The notes under the pieces were generated by a model. It did no database searches. It worked only from the letters and a program-made list of their open reading frames with translations, and was not told where the DNA came from. The translations under genes were made by a program, and so were the position numbers. Positions 1 to 9,198 of a stretch of 64,000 bases of DNA are shown here, piece after piece. The stretch lies in NCBI GenBank assembly GCA_034003985.1, contig JAVEXP010000002.1, positions 144,789 through 208,788 of the forward strand. The letters are read 5' to 3'. Each line of letters starts with the position of its first letter. Positions within the stretch are counted from its first letter, which is position 1. The DNA is from Patescibacteria group bacterium. Lineage in GTDB: Bacteria > Patescibacteriota > Patescibacteriia > Buchananbacterales > UBA6539.

Positions 1-80
1 TATTTTTCAATGAAGGTTAAGTCAATCACGAGTGGGGACAGATAATACTCATATAACGATTGTTGGCCATAATTAAAAAC

Positions 81-425
81 TTATTTAATTTTGTCAGCAA
101 GTTCTTTAAGTCTATGGAGAGAGAATTTTGATTCCGGCAAGCGAAGCAGTCTAACATTCTTGTCAACTATTTCCTGTACCGCGTCTATATCAAAGTTGCC
201 CTGTGTATCGTCAATTATGTTTTCGAACGCAGTATTTATTTCTAGACTTTTCTGAAACACCGTTCTAAGATCAGATTCTTGACTAGCATTTTCAACAACG
301 GCGTCCTCTAGTTCTTGCCTCATTTGAAGTACATATTCATTAAATTCTTTTTCTGCTCCTGTCTCTGTTTCCTTTGGCTTTAAACCCATCTCTTGAGCCG
401 ATGGTCCTGATTCTCTTAATGACAT
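81..425 (-). CDS. hypothetical protein (acidic, helical)
   Basis: ORF 81..476; the likelier start is ATG 425 (MSLRESGPSAQEMGLKP) after an AT-rich leader; no recognisable motif. Confidence 0.6.
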   Translation of the reverse strand: MSLRESGPSAQEMGLKPKETETGAEKEFNEYVLQMRQELEDAVVENASQESDLRTVFQKSLEINTAFENIIDDTQGNFDIDAVQEIVDKNVRLLRLPESKFSLHRLKELADKIK

Positions 426-607
426 AGTTTTTATAATTAATATTAAGAATTTTATTATTTCGTCCAATTTTGCCATTATCCCGACTTCATTGATTTTTTG
501 TTGAAAATAAGGTAAAATTTAGTCATTAAGATAGCGCGTATAACCTAGTTATATCATAACAAATAATTATTTAAAGCGCTATTTTTTCTTCTTCATTTAG
601 CTAATTT

Positions 608-1762
608 ATGAAAATCGCCATTGTCACTCCAACTTTTCCACCATATGCCGGCGGTATTGGCAATGTTGCGGCTTTTAACGCCGGTGAGCTGGTTAAGCTT
701 GGGCATCAGGTGACAATTTTTACCCCCAAGTACGAGGAAGCCAAAGAAGAGCTGACCGAGCTGGATATTAAGCGAATTTCACCTTGGTTTAAATATGGCA
801 ATGCCGCCTTTGTTCCAAGCTTGGCTAGGTTGCTTCGGGGTTATGATATTGTCCATCTTCATTATCCATTTTTTGGCGGCGCGGAAAGTATTTGGCTAAG
901 GTCGCATGGTTTAAAAAAACGAGGGGCTAAAATCGTTTTGCATTATCACATGGATGTTATCGGCCAAAGTTGGTTGAAATGGATTTTCAAACTCCATCGG
1001 ATTTTGGTTTTACCCCGAATTGTTAAAATGGCTGATAAAATTATTTTTACCTCGTTGGATTATGGTCAAACCTCGGATTTAGCTAAGTGGTATAAAAAAA
1101 ATCCCGCCAAGTTTTTGGAAGTGCCAAATGGCGTAGATACTAAAAGATTTTTACCTCAACCAAAAGATCAGGCTTTGTTGGCTAAACATCAAATCAATCC
1201 CGATGAGCGGGTAGTGATGTTTGTTGGTGGTTTGGATCAGGCGCATTATTTTAAAGGCATTGAATATTTGATTGAGGCGGTGAGTATTTTGCGTAATGCC
1301 GACTATCCGTGGAAGTTGGTTATTGTCGGAGAGGGGGATTTAAAGCCGCAGTATCAAAATTTGGTTGGTCAGTTAAAGCTGGAATTTCGCGTGGTTTTCA
1401 CCGGTTATGTTCCTAACGACGATTTACCAAAATATTATAATCTTGCTGATTTGGTAGTGCTGCCGTCAGTTGATCGCTCCGAAGCTTTCGGACTATGTTT
1501 GGTGGAAGCGATGAGCTGCGGTAAGCCGGTGGTGGCTTCCGATTTGGCCGGGGTGCGCAGCGTGGTGATTAACGAGATGAATGGTTTATTGGCCAAGCCC
1601 AAGGATGCCAATAATCTAGCTTCCAGAATAAACTTTTTTTTGGCCAACCCCGCTTTGGCTCAGGAATATGGCCGGCAGGGCGTAAATCAGACCAAATTAA
1701 AATATGATTGGCCGATTGTCGCCCAGAAGCTGGATCGGCTCTATCTGGAATTAAAATCTTAA
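608..1762 (+). CDS. glycosyltransferase family 4 (GT-B)
   Basis: MKIAIVTP..FPP..GG N-terminus, PNGVD, EAFGLCLVEAMSCGKPVV (E-x7-E) motif. Confidence 0.93.
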   Translation: MKIAIVTPTFPPYAGGIGNVAAFNAGELVKLGHQVTIFTPKYEEAKEELTELDIKRISPWFKYGNAAFVPSLARLLRGYDIVHLHYPFFGGAESIWLRSHGLKKRGAKIVLHYHMDVIGQSWLKWIFKLHRILVLPRIVKMADKIIFTSLDYGQTSDLAKWYKKNPAKFLEVPNGVDTKRFLPQPKDQALLAKHQINPDERVVMFVGGLDQAHYFKGIEYLIEAVSILRNADYPWKLVIVGEGDLKPQYQNLVGQLKLEFRVVFTGYVPNDDLPKYYNLADLVVLPSVDRSEAFGLCLVEAMSCGKPVVASDLAGVRSVVINEMNGLLAKPKDANNLASRINFFLANPALAQEYGRQGVNQTKLKYDWPIVAQKLDRLYLELKS

Positions 1763-1764
1763 AT

Positions 1765-2937
1765 ATGAAGATTGCCGTTATTCATAGCTTATTTCGTCCT
1801 TACAAACGCGGCGGCGCTGAAGTGGTGGTTGATATTGTTGTTAATGAACTTACCAAGCTCGGCCATCAGGTGGTTTTAATTACCCTGGGCCGGGAAAACC
1901 GCGTTCAGCAGGAAGGCGACTTGAAAATTTACCGGATTGATCCATTTAATGTTTTTTCCTTTTTAGATATCAACAACCGCCCAATCTGGCTACGGGTTTT
2001 CTGGCATCCGCTGGATGTTTTTAATGTTAGCAGCTATCGTCGGGTTAAAAATATTTTAAAGCAGGAACAGCCTGAAGTGGTTTTGACTCACAATCTTAAA
2101 GGTATCGGTTATCTGGTGCCGCGGGCTATTAAAAAAGCCGGCATTCGACATATTCATACGGTTCATGATGTTCAGCTTTCACGGCCGTCTGGTTTAATCA
2201 TTTATGGCCAGGAAAAACCTTTCTTGTTGATTGACAAGGTTTACGAAAAAACGGTTCGGCGCTTGATGGGCAGTCCCGATGTTGTAATTTCGCCTTCGCG
2301 TTGGTTGATGGGATATTACCAAGCTAGGGGATTTTTTTATGAGTCAAAAAAAATTATTTTGCCCAATCCGATTATTTTTAAAAAAGTTGACAAACAGCCT
2401 GATGATGAAGCCGCCAGCCAGATTATTAAATTGATTTTTGTCGGCCAACTTGAACGCTTTAAAGGCATTTTGTTTTTAATTGAAGCTTTAAAAAAAATTA
2501 GCTCCCCAAATTGGCAGTTGTTGATTGTCGGTTCTGGCGGGGCGGAAACCGAAGTTAAGCAGGCAGTTGATGGTGACCAGCATTTTCAATTGATCGGGCG
2601 GGTGGAGCAAAATAAGCTGGCTGATTATTATCGTCAGGCCGATTTGACGGTGGTGCCGTCACTATGTTATGAAAATTCGCCCAAGGTTATCGACGAAAGC
2701 TTGGTGGCTAATGTGCCGGTGATTGCCTCGGATATCGGCGGAGTCAGCGAGATTGTCAAAGACGATTACAACGGCTTTACTTTTGCGCCCGGTAATCAGG
2801 AAAATTTAATTGAGGTTTTAGAATACTTCTTGAATCATCCCGAAAAAATCGCGGAATTAAAAAAGAACTGCTTTGTGTCAGTCCGCAACTTTTCGGTTGG
2901 CAATTATTTGAAAAAAATTATTTCTCTTATCCAATAA
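1765..2937 (+). CDS. glycosyltransferase family 4 (GT-B)
   Basis: Start at ATG 1765 (MKIAVIHS..GGAE); HTVHD, FVGQLERFKG, ENSPKVIDES motifs. Confidence 0.92.
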   Translation: MKIAVIHSLFRPYKRGGAEVVVDIVVNELTKLGHQVVLITLGRENRVQQEGDLKIYRIDPFNVFSFLDINNRPIWLRVFWHPLDVFNVSSYRRVKNILKQEQPEVVLTHNLKGIGYLVPRAIKKAGIRHIHTVHDVQLSRPSGLIIYGQEKPFLLIDKVYEKTVRRLMGSPDVVISPSRWLMGYYQARGFFYESKKIILPNPIIFKKVDKQPDDEAASQIIKLIFVGQLERFKGILFLIEALKKISSPNWQLLIVGSGGAETEVKQAVDGDQHFQLIGRVEQNKLADYYRQADLTVVPSLCYENSPKVIDESLVANVPVIASDIGGVSEIVKDDYNGFTFAPGNQENLIEVLEYFLNHPEKIAELKKNCFVSVRNFSVGNYLKKIISLIQ

Positions 2938-2945
2938 AAGATTTA

Positions 2946-2977
2946 GAGCCGCTGACATGGGGAGTAGTCAGCGGCTC
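2946..2977. terminator. 11-bp GC-rich hairpin between convergent genes
   Basis: gagccgctgac-N10-gtcagcggctc, followed by a T-rich run on the minus strand. Confidence 0.65.
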
Positions 2978-3000
2978 CTGAGGGGGGGGAGGGAAGGTGT

Positions 3001-3372
3001 CTAGTCGACGCCGGCCGGTTGCAAGCACTTGTGTGCTGCTTCGGTTGCGGCGAGTTGTGCCATGTAGGCACTGACACCGCCAGCGTAGGGGCGAGCGCTC
3101 TCAAGCGCCTGAAGTTCGCCGATGCGACCGTTGATGGCATTCGTCATGTCCAGGAAGTTGGGTGGGTTGCACCCAATCGGGAAATTGTCGCACAGACACT
3201 TCCACAGTTCCTGGCCGATCAGCGGATTCTGGGGATTATCTCCCGTTAGCGTGGCGACGGCGTCGCACACATCCGCTTCGGGCGCATCGATCGCGTCCGC
3301 AACCTGTCGCAACAATTCGGCGAGTTCCTCGTGGCCATTGGCCAGTTCATTGAAGGTGCGTTTGAGTGGCAT
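3001..3372 (-). CDS. hypothetical protein, GC-rich ORFan
   Basis: 123-aa ORF with AGGAG SD, own sigma70 promoter and 3' hairpin; much more GC-rich than its flanks. Confidence 0.7.
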   Translation of the reverse strand: MPLKRTFNELANGHEELAELLRQVADAIDAPEADVCDAVATLTGDNPQNPLIGQELWKCLCDNFPIGCNPPNFLDMTNAINGRIGELQALESARPYAGGVSAYMAQLAATEAAHKCLQPAGVD

Positions 3373-3415
3373 GCCTTGATCTCCTATGGTTTTTGGGCTC
3401 CTGCCAGTTGTCTGT

Positions 3416-3444
3416 ATAATAGCATATTTTATTGATTAAGTCAA
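3416..3444 (-). promoter_or_regulatory. sigma70-type promoter for 3001..3372
   Basis: minus strand TTGACT-17 bp-TATTAT with extended -10 TG. Confidence 0.6.
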
Positions 3445-3573
3445 TATAAAAGTAATAAAAAAAGACTAAATTAAGGTATTTTTAAAGTCAAAATCGTCAT
3501 ATTTTTGCTGTTGTGAAATTTAAAGTTTGGTTTTTTGATATGTGTCTGTTATCCGGATAGAATATGTTCAATA

Positions 3574-3826
3574 TGTCATCCTGGATTACCCATTCTGTAA
3601 TCCCGAGTATTCTTATTGTCATCCTGAATCCTCCATTCTGTCATCCTGAGCGAAGCGAAGGATCTAGATTCTTCGGCCTGCGGCCTCAGAATGACACGGA
3701 ATTTAAGTTTAATAATTTAAAACAGCTAATCTATATTTTTTCATATCATTCTTCTGTCATCCTGAGTCCCGACACGAATACTCCCTTTGTCATCCTGAGT
3801 CACGACGCAGTCGGGACGAAGGATCT
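3574..3826. repeat. cluster of REP-like palindromic repeats (TGTCATCCTGAG core)
   Basis: Core copies at 3574, 3617, 3639, 3755 and 3788; full inverted pair at 3639-3696 TGTCATCCTGAGCGAAGCGAAGGATCT/AGATTCTTCG..CTCAGAATGACA. Confidence 0.8.
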
Positions 3827-3897
3827 CTAAGATTTACGAATTTAATAAAAAACACGCCGATTTGATATTGATCAGCGCTTATATTAGTTATTAAATT

Positions 3898-6000
3898 TTA
3901 TGGCAGCCTGTATTTAAAAATGTAGATTTTACCGCCGTCAATGATGATGATGTCATCAGCTTGGGCTGACGCTTTGGCGGCAATTTTTTCGGCATCTTTC
4001 CAGTATTGATTCAAAACAAAATAGCTTTCGCTCACTCGGGCTTGGCTCATCGCTTGTTCCATTGTCTGGCGCGGAGTATCTTGATAAACCATTGCTAAAT
4101 AGTAATTGTAAAAATTTTGGGCGTTTCCGTTGGGCAGGGAATAATAAAATTCCTCACCAAAATATTTTTTAAAGCCAAATTCCTTGATTGCTGCCGCACC
4201 TACCATTTGGTTGGCCAACACCAGATGATTGGGGTTGGCGGTTTGTTCAATATAATTAACGGCTTTAAGGTCGGCTGCCGATAGACTAAAAAATTTAGCC
4301 GGTTCGTAATTGTTCAGCCGGGGGTAAGATAAATACAGGCTGATGTTTAATAATCCGGCCAGCCCAATAATCACCAGCAGTTTAGTCGCCCAGTCATATT
4401 CCCATAATTTTTTGATTAGCAAATAAACTCCTAGCAAAAAGAAGGGGATTAAAACATAGAATGCTAAAGTCAATAATCGGGAAGTAAAGCTTTCCTGGTC
4501 GTATTCGCGCAAGCTGGAAAAATCCATGAAATATTTGACGATGATGAAATCAATAAATACCACCATCGCCGAAACCAGGTAGCCCGAATTATTTTTGAGC
4601 AATTTGTACTTGGCAATATAAATCAGCCCAATTAGAACGATGGCCCCGGCCAGTACGATTTTGTTAATATTGATTAAATAAACCAGATTCAACGGTAGGT
4701 CAAAGCCGTTTAACCAGCCGCCCAGCCATTGTAAATCTCGCCAGCCCAGATCGGGTAAATTCAGGTTCAGGCCCGAGCCATTGAGTGCCAATGCCAATGG
4801 AATAAAGACGGTAAAGATAATGGCTGTTAAAAAGTATAGGCTTAAATATTGGCGGTAGCTGTGGTAAAGTTTTTTAAACAGCATCAGTAAAAATATACTG
4901 ATAGCCAGCGGAATTCCTGCCAGCGGATGGATCACCAAAGTCGCTGCCACCAGCAGCCATAAAGCTGTTGGCGACAATTGATTTTTGTAATACAAAAACG
5001 ACAGGACAATAGTTATTAAAAACAGCAGGTTGGCGAAGTTTTGCGGGGCAGTCATAATAAAACCGCCATAAGGCATGATTAAAATTGCCAGCGCCAAAAC
5101 CAGAGCGTATTTTTTTTCCAGCCATTGGCTAAAAACATAAAAGATGCTTGGCCCCGAAAAAATCGCAAACATCGCCGGTACCAATATTCGGTCAATGATC
5201 GTGTAGTCAATACTGGTCAAGTAGTGTAAAAAAATCACCAGACCATATTGTCCCAAGTAGTATAATGGTCGGGGAGTAATGGTGCCAGTAGTCAGAATGA
5301 TTTTTTCGCTGGCTTGGTGGATGAACGGGTCAAACCCGTAACCGATTTGGTAGACGATTACGGCAATTCCGCTGCTTAATAAACCATGGAGGACAATCAG
5401 TGTTAGTGGCAGTTTGGTTCGTTTCGACCGCAACAGGTAGATTGTCAAAATCGTGCTGGCTGAAAAATATAAAACAAAAAAGTATCGGCTGATAACCTGC
5501 CAAGGTGATTGGATTGATTCAACGGTTTGGCCTTGCCAGACCAGCCAAGTCGCCAAACCGGCTGAAATCAAATAGCCCAAAACCAGCAGAAAATTGGTTT
5601 TTGGTTCGCGCCGTTCGTCAAATTTAGCCAGGTAGTTCTTTAGACTCCGCCACAATGAAAATTTTTCCGTCAGCTCGGTATAATAATAAGGCGTGGCTAA
5701 AATGGCGGGAATCAAAAAGATAAGCAATACAAAAAAATAAGCATTGAACTGATACAGGTAAATCGCACTGCCACCGGTTAAAGCGACGGCGGCAAACATA
5801 AACAAAATACCAAAGAGTATTTGCCAGCCTTTTTCGGGGATAAAAATCGATCCGAAAATTGATCCAAAAAATAGCAGATAAACCCCGCCAACGGCCAGCG
5901 CGACGATTTGATTGTGCCACCAAAGGAAATTAGCCGTAATTAAAAAACCCAACAGGCCGCTGACAGCAAGATAATTTAATTTGGAAATTTTGTCATTCAT
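3898..6000 (-). CDS. polytopic membrane protein, probable GT-C fold glycosyltransferase
   Basis: Many TM helices, GFDPFIH acidic loop motif, soluble C-terminal domain; glycosylation neighbourhood. Confidence 0.6.
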   Translation of the reverse strand: MNDKISKLNYLAVSGLLGFLITANFLWWHNQIVALAVGGVYLLFFGSIFGSIFIPEKGWQILFGILFMFAAVALTGGSAIYLYQFNAYFFVLLIFLIPAILATPYYYTELTEKFSLWRSLKNYLAKFDERREPKTNFLLVLGYLISAGLATWLVWQGQTVESIQSPWQVISRYFFVLYFSASTILTIYLLRSKRTKLPLTLIVLHGLLSSGIAVIVYQIGYGFDPFIHQASEKIILTTGTITPRPLYYLGQYGLVIFLHYLTSIDYTIIDRILVPAMFAIFSGPSIFYVFSQWLEKKYALVLALAILIMPYGGFIMTAPQNFANLLFLITIVLSFLYYKNQLSPTALWLLVAATLVIHPLAGIPLAISIFLLMLFKKLYHSYRQYLSLYFLTAIIFTVFIPLALALNGSGLNLNLPDLGWRDLQWLGGWLNGFDLPLNLVYLININKIVLAGAIVLIGLIYIAKYKLLKNNSGYLVSAMVVFIDFIIVKYFMDFSSLREYDQESFTSRLLTLAFYVLIPFFLLGVYLLIKKLWEYDWATKLLVIIGLAGLLNISLYLSYPRLNNYEPAKFFSLSAADLKAVNYIEQTANPNHLVLANQMVGAAAIKEFGFKKYFGEEFYYSLPNGNAQNFYNYYLAMVYQDTPRQTMEQAMSQARVSESYFVLNQYWKDAEKIAAKASAQADDIIIIDGGKIYIFKYRLP

Positions 6001-6054
6001 AACCTTAGTTTTAATTTTAGCACAAATTGGTTAATTTTTGCTATAATTAAATTA

Positions 6055-7650
6055 ATGCTGACTAATCGTTTGCCAAATAATTCACCTTTATCATCGTCAA
6101 GATACCTTTTGGCCGGTTTGGCGTTGGTTTTTTTGGTGGTTTATTGTTTTTTGGCTACACCAATTGCCACCGATACTAATGTTGGCCAGCGGTTTGATTG
6201 GCCCGATGAAACCGCCAATTATTTTTGGTCGAAATATTATGCCCAATCCGGCGAACTGACCGCACCCGAGCCGCTTAATTTTGTCGCTCAAAACCAGATT
6301 TATCCCCGCAGTTTCAATGTCCGATCCGACGGTTCGCTGGTGCCGGGAAGTTTTTTGGGTTTGATTTTGCTTTTCGGCACAATCGCTAAAATTTTTGGCA
6401 GTTGGTCGTTGATTTATTTAACGCCGCTGTTGGGTGTTTTAGCAGTCTTTGCTTTTTACATTATTGTCAAAGAAATTTTTAATCCTAAAATTGCGTTAAT
6501 CGCTGCGATTTTGATGTTGTTTAATCCGGCCTGGTGGTATTATTCAGTGACCGCAATGCTGCCCAATGTCGCGTTTGTTTCTTTGCTATTAATGAGCATC
6601 GCGTTCCTGTTTGGCAAAAAATTTGATTATTGGCAGCTGCTGCTCTCGGCTTTCCTACTTGGTTTAGCGGTTTTAGTCCGGCCGTCAGAATTTATTTGGA
6701 TTGGTTTTATTTATTTAGTCCTGGTTTTTTATCTGCGGCCAAAATTGAATTTGGTTAAAGTCATTTTATATTTAGCCGTGGTCGCCACCGTGATTCTACC
6801 GATTTTTTATCAACAGCAGATTTTGTACGGCAGCTTTCTGGCTTCCGGTTATAGCCAGCTTCAAGACCAGTCATCTACTTGCCAGTGGTGCGATACGGTC
6901 AAGTCTTTGATCTTGCCTTTTGGTTTTCATCCACGATTGTTGGCCAGCAATCTCTGGACTCATTATTTCAGCCGGTTGTGGTGGTTGTCGCTGTTGGCGG
7001 TTTTGGGATTAGTAGCTTTCTTGACTCAACGCGGCAAACCTAAACCCGAAACTTTTGTTTATATTTTACTCAGCTTGGTAATTTTTGGCTGGCTGGGCGT
7101 ATACTACGGCAGTTGGGAATTTGCCGATCAGTTGACTGTTCACTTAAACACTTTGGGGTTGTCCTATGTTCGTTATTGGCTGCCGTTATATTTGATGGCT
7201 TTGCCTTTTGTGGCAATTAGTTTGATATTTTTGTCTCAATTTTTTCCTCCGCGCTGGCGCCGGTTGGTTATCGCCTTCCTGCTTTTGGCTTTATTTTATC
7301 AATCTGCCAGCTTGGTGCTGTTTAAAAAACCAGACAGTATTGTGCCGGTGCGCCAGCGAATTGCCGAATATAAAAATGTCGCACGCCAGGTTTATGATTT
7401 AACACCCGAAGATGCTGTTATTGTCACAGTTCGTAAAGACAAGGTTTTTTTTCCTCAGCGGGCGGTAATTCATACTTTCGAGGCGCTGTCTTTGAATCCG
7501 GCTTTAATTGAAATTCTGCCGGCCTTGAAAACCAAAGTGCCTTTATATTATTACGCTTTGGGTCCTGAACCGCAGCTAAAAATCGCTGATAATTTGATTT
7601 TGGAAGAAGTGGCCAATATTGGCCAGGAAGTTTTATACCAAATCAAATGA
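6055..7650 (+). CDS. GT-C glycosyltransferase (ArnT/PMT-like, family 39-like)
   Basis: WPDE acidic motif after TM1, many TM helices, LAVLVRP and RYWLP motifs. Confidence 0.8.
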   Translation: MLTNRLPNNSPLSSSRYLLAGLALVFLVVYCFLATPIATDTNVGQRFDWPDETANYFWSKYYAQSGELTAPEPLNFVAQNQIYPRSFNVRSDGSLVPGSFLGLILLFGTIAKIFGSWSLIYLTPLLGVLAVFAFYIIVKEIFNPKIALIAAILMLFNPAWWYYSVTAMLPNVAFVSLLLMSIAFLFGKKFDYWQLLLSAFLLGLAVLVRPSEFIWIGFIYLVLVFYLRPKLNLVKVILYLAVVATVILPIFYQQQILYGSFLASGYSQLQDQSSTCQWCDTVKSLILPFGFHPRLLASNLWTHYFSRLWWLSLLAVLGLVAFLTQRGKPKPETFVYILLSLVIFGWLGVYYGSWEFADQLTVHLNTLGLSYVRYWLPLYLMALPFVAISLIFLSQFFPPRWRRLVIAFLLLALFYQSASLVLFKKPDSIVPVRQRIAEYKNVARQVYDLTPEDAVIVTVRKDKVFFPQRAVIHTFEALSLNPALIEILPALKTKVPLYYYALGPEPQLKIADNLILEEVANIGQEVLYQIK

Positions 7651-8156
7651 ACAAACGCTGGTTTGCCATTATTAAGATTCTTGTTATTTTATTGCCTTTG
7701 GGTTTGGGCTTGTGGCTAATCAATAAAAATGTGCCGGTTTATGGTGATTTGGTAATCAATGCTGACTTTCAACATGCCCAAGGCGCTTTGTCGTTGATTG
7801 GTCCCGAAATTCGCACCAAATACCAGGATGGCGTTTTGGCTATTTTGGAAAGTCCGGTTTATTTTGATTTGCGCAGTCTGCCCTGGTTTAAGGCCGCTAG
7901 AATTTATTTGACTTTTAAATCTCAGGGCGCGGCATTGGAAGGCTTGGCACCTCAGGTTGGTCCGGGCTGGCAATATCAGCTGATTAAACCGATGGTAATA
8001 ATGGACTTGGACGACGGCTGGCAAAAAGCAGTTTTTGAATTTAATCTTACTGAGATTTATCAAGCCAAAAATGTTAAACGATTTTTAATTTCAACCATTC
8101 CGCAAACTGACGGGGGATTGTTGATTAAAGATTTGACTATTATTTTAGTCCGATGA
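7647..8156 (+). CDS. membrane-anchored hypothetical protein
   Basis: N-terminal TM helix, beta-rich soluble part; ATGA overlap with upstream gene. Confidence 0.7.
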   Translation: MNKRWFAIIKILVILLPLGLGLWLINKNVPVYGDLVINADFQHAQGALSLIGPEIRTKYQDGVLAILESPVYFDLRSLPWFKAARIYLTFKSQGAALEGLAPQVGPGWQYQLIKPMVIMDLDDGWQKAVFEFNLTEIYQAKNVKRFLISTIPQTDGGLLIKDLTIILVR

Positions 8157-8347
8157 TTTTTTCCCGGATTGATAATTTTTTAAAACCAATTTTACGGCTG
8201 ATTTTTCGTGTCAGCCTGGTTACTTTTTTATTTTTACTAACATTGGAGTATGTTTTTCCAGGTTTTGTAACCAATTGGTTTAATCCGATTTGGATCTTGA
8301 TTTTAAGCCTATTTTGCGCTATAATTGTTATTACTTGCTATGATTAA
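8153..8347 (+). CDS. small two-TM membrane protein
   Basis: 64-aa hydrophobic ORF overlapping both neighbours. Confidence 0.65.
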   Translation: MIFSRIDNFLKPILRLIFRVSLVTFLFLLTLEYVFPGFVTNWFNPIWILILSLFCAIIVITCYD

Positions 8348-8789
8348 AGATGTTGTCATAACTAATCTGGAAAAGTTTCACGACAATCGCGGTTGGTTGG
8401 CTGAAATTTTTCGTAATGACCAATCCGAATTTCGGCCGGCGATGGGTTATGTTTCGCAAACTTTGCCCGGCGTAGTTCGCGGTCCCCATGAACATCAGGA
8501 ACAGTCTGATTTTTTTGTTTTCCTGTTTGGCACCTTTCGGCTTTACCTTTGGGATAATCGCGAAGGTTCGGCCAATTATCGTCAGCTGGAAACTTACGAA
8601 GTTGGTGAAAATAATCCGGCTGGTGTAATTATTCCACCCGGTGTCGTCCATGCTTATAAATGTATTTCGGAAAACCCCGGGCTGGTGATTAATTTACCCA
8701 ATGAACTTTATCGGGGTAACAATAAGGCCGATGCAGTCGACGAGATTCGCTGGGAAGATGATCAATCGTCGCCATTTGTGGTGGAATAA
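8340..8789 (+). CDS. rfbC: dTDP-4-dehydrorhamnose 3,5-epimerase family (cupin)
   Basis: DNRGW..E, PGVVRGPHEH, IPPGVVHAY motifs; start ATG 8340. Confidence 0.85.
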   Translation: MIKDVVITNLEKFHDNRGWLAEIFRNDQSEFRPAMGYVSQTLPGVVRGPHEHQEQSDFFVFLFGTFRLYLWDNREGSANYRQLETYEVGENNPAGVIIPPGVVHAYKCISENPGLVINLPNELYRGNNKADAVDEIRWEDDQSSPFVVE

Positions 8790-8793
8790 AAAT

Positions 8794-9198
8794 ATGGAAT
8801 CAAATTGTATTTTTTGTAAAATTATTGCCGGCCAAATTCCTTGCGCCAAGGTTTATGAAGACGATCAAGTCTTGGCTTTTTTGGATATTAATCCGGTCAG
8901 TAAAGGGCATGTTTTGATTGTTCCTAAATCCCATCATTCAATGATGGTTGATACTCCCGACCAGCTGGTGGGTGAGGTTTTCATCAAGGCTAAAACTTTA
9001 ATGAAAACAATTAAGCGGGCGCTGGAAGCTGATTTTGTAATGGTTTCGGTCGTTGGCATTGAAGTACCGCATTTTCATGTTCATCTTATTCCCCGATATT
9101 ACAATGACGGCTTGGCCAACGGTTATCCAACCCAAAAATACGGCGAAGGGGAAATGGATCAATATGTTTCAAAAATTATATCCCAACTTGAATTATGA
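8794..9198 (+). CDS. HIT family nucleotide hydrolase
   Basis: CIFCKI, DINP..GHVLIVPK, HFHVHLIPR histidine triad; start ATG 8794. Confidence 0.95.
   Translation: MESNCIFCKIIAGQIPCAKVYEDDQVLAFLDINPVSKGHVLIVPKSHHSMMVDTPDQLVGEVFIKAKTLMKTIKRALEADFVMVSVVGIEVPHFHVHLIPRYYNDGLANGYPTQKYGEGEMDQYVSKIISQLEL

Noticed and set aside
3574-3826. Possible CRISPR array
   Set aside because: Repeat cores are only about 12 bp, spacing is irregular, one copy is inverted, and there are no cas genes
3564-3830. 88-aa + strand ORF (CHPERSEGS, VILS repeats)
   Set aside because: It is a translation of the REP-like palindromes, not a plausible protein
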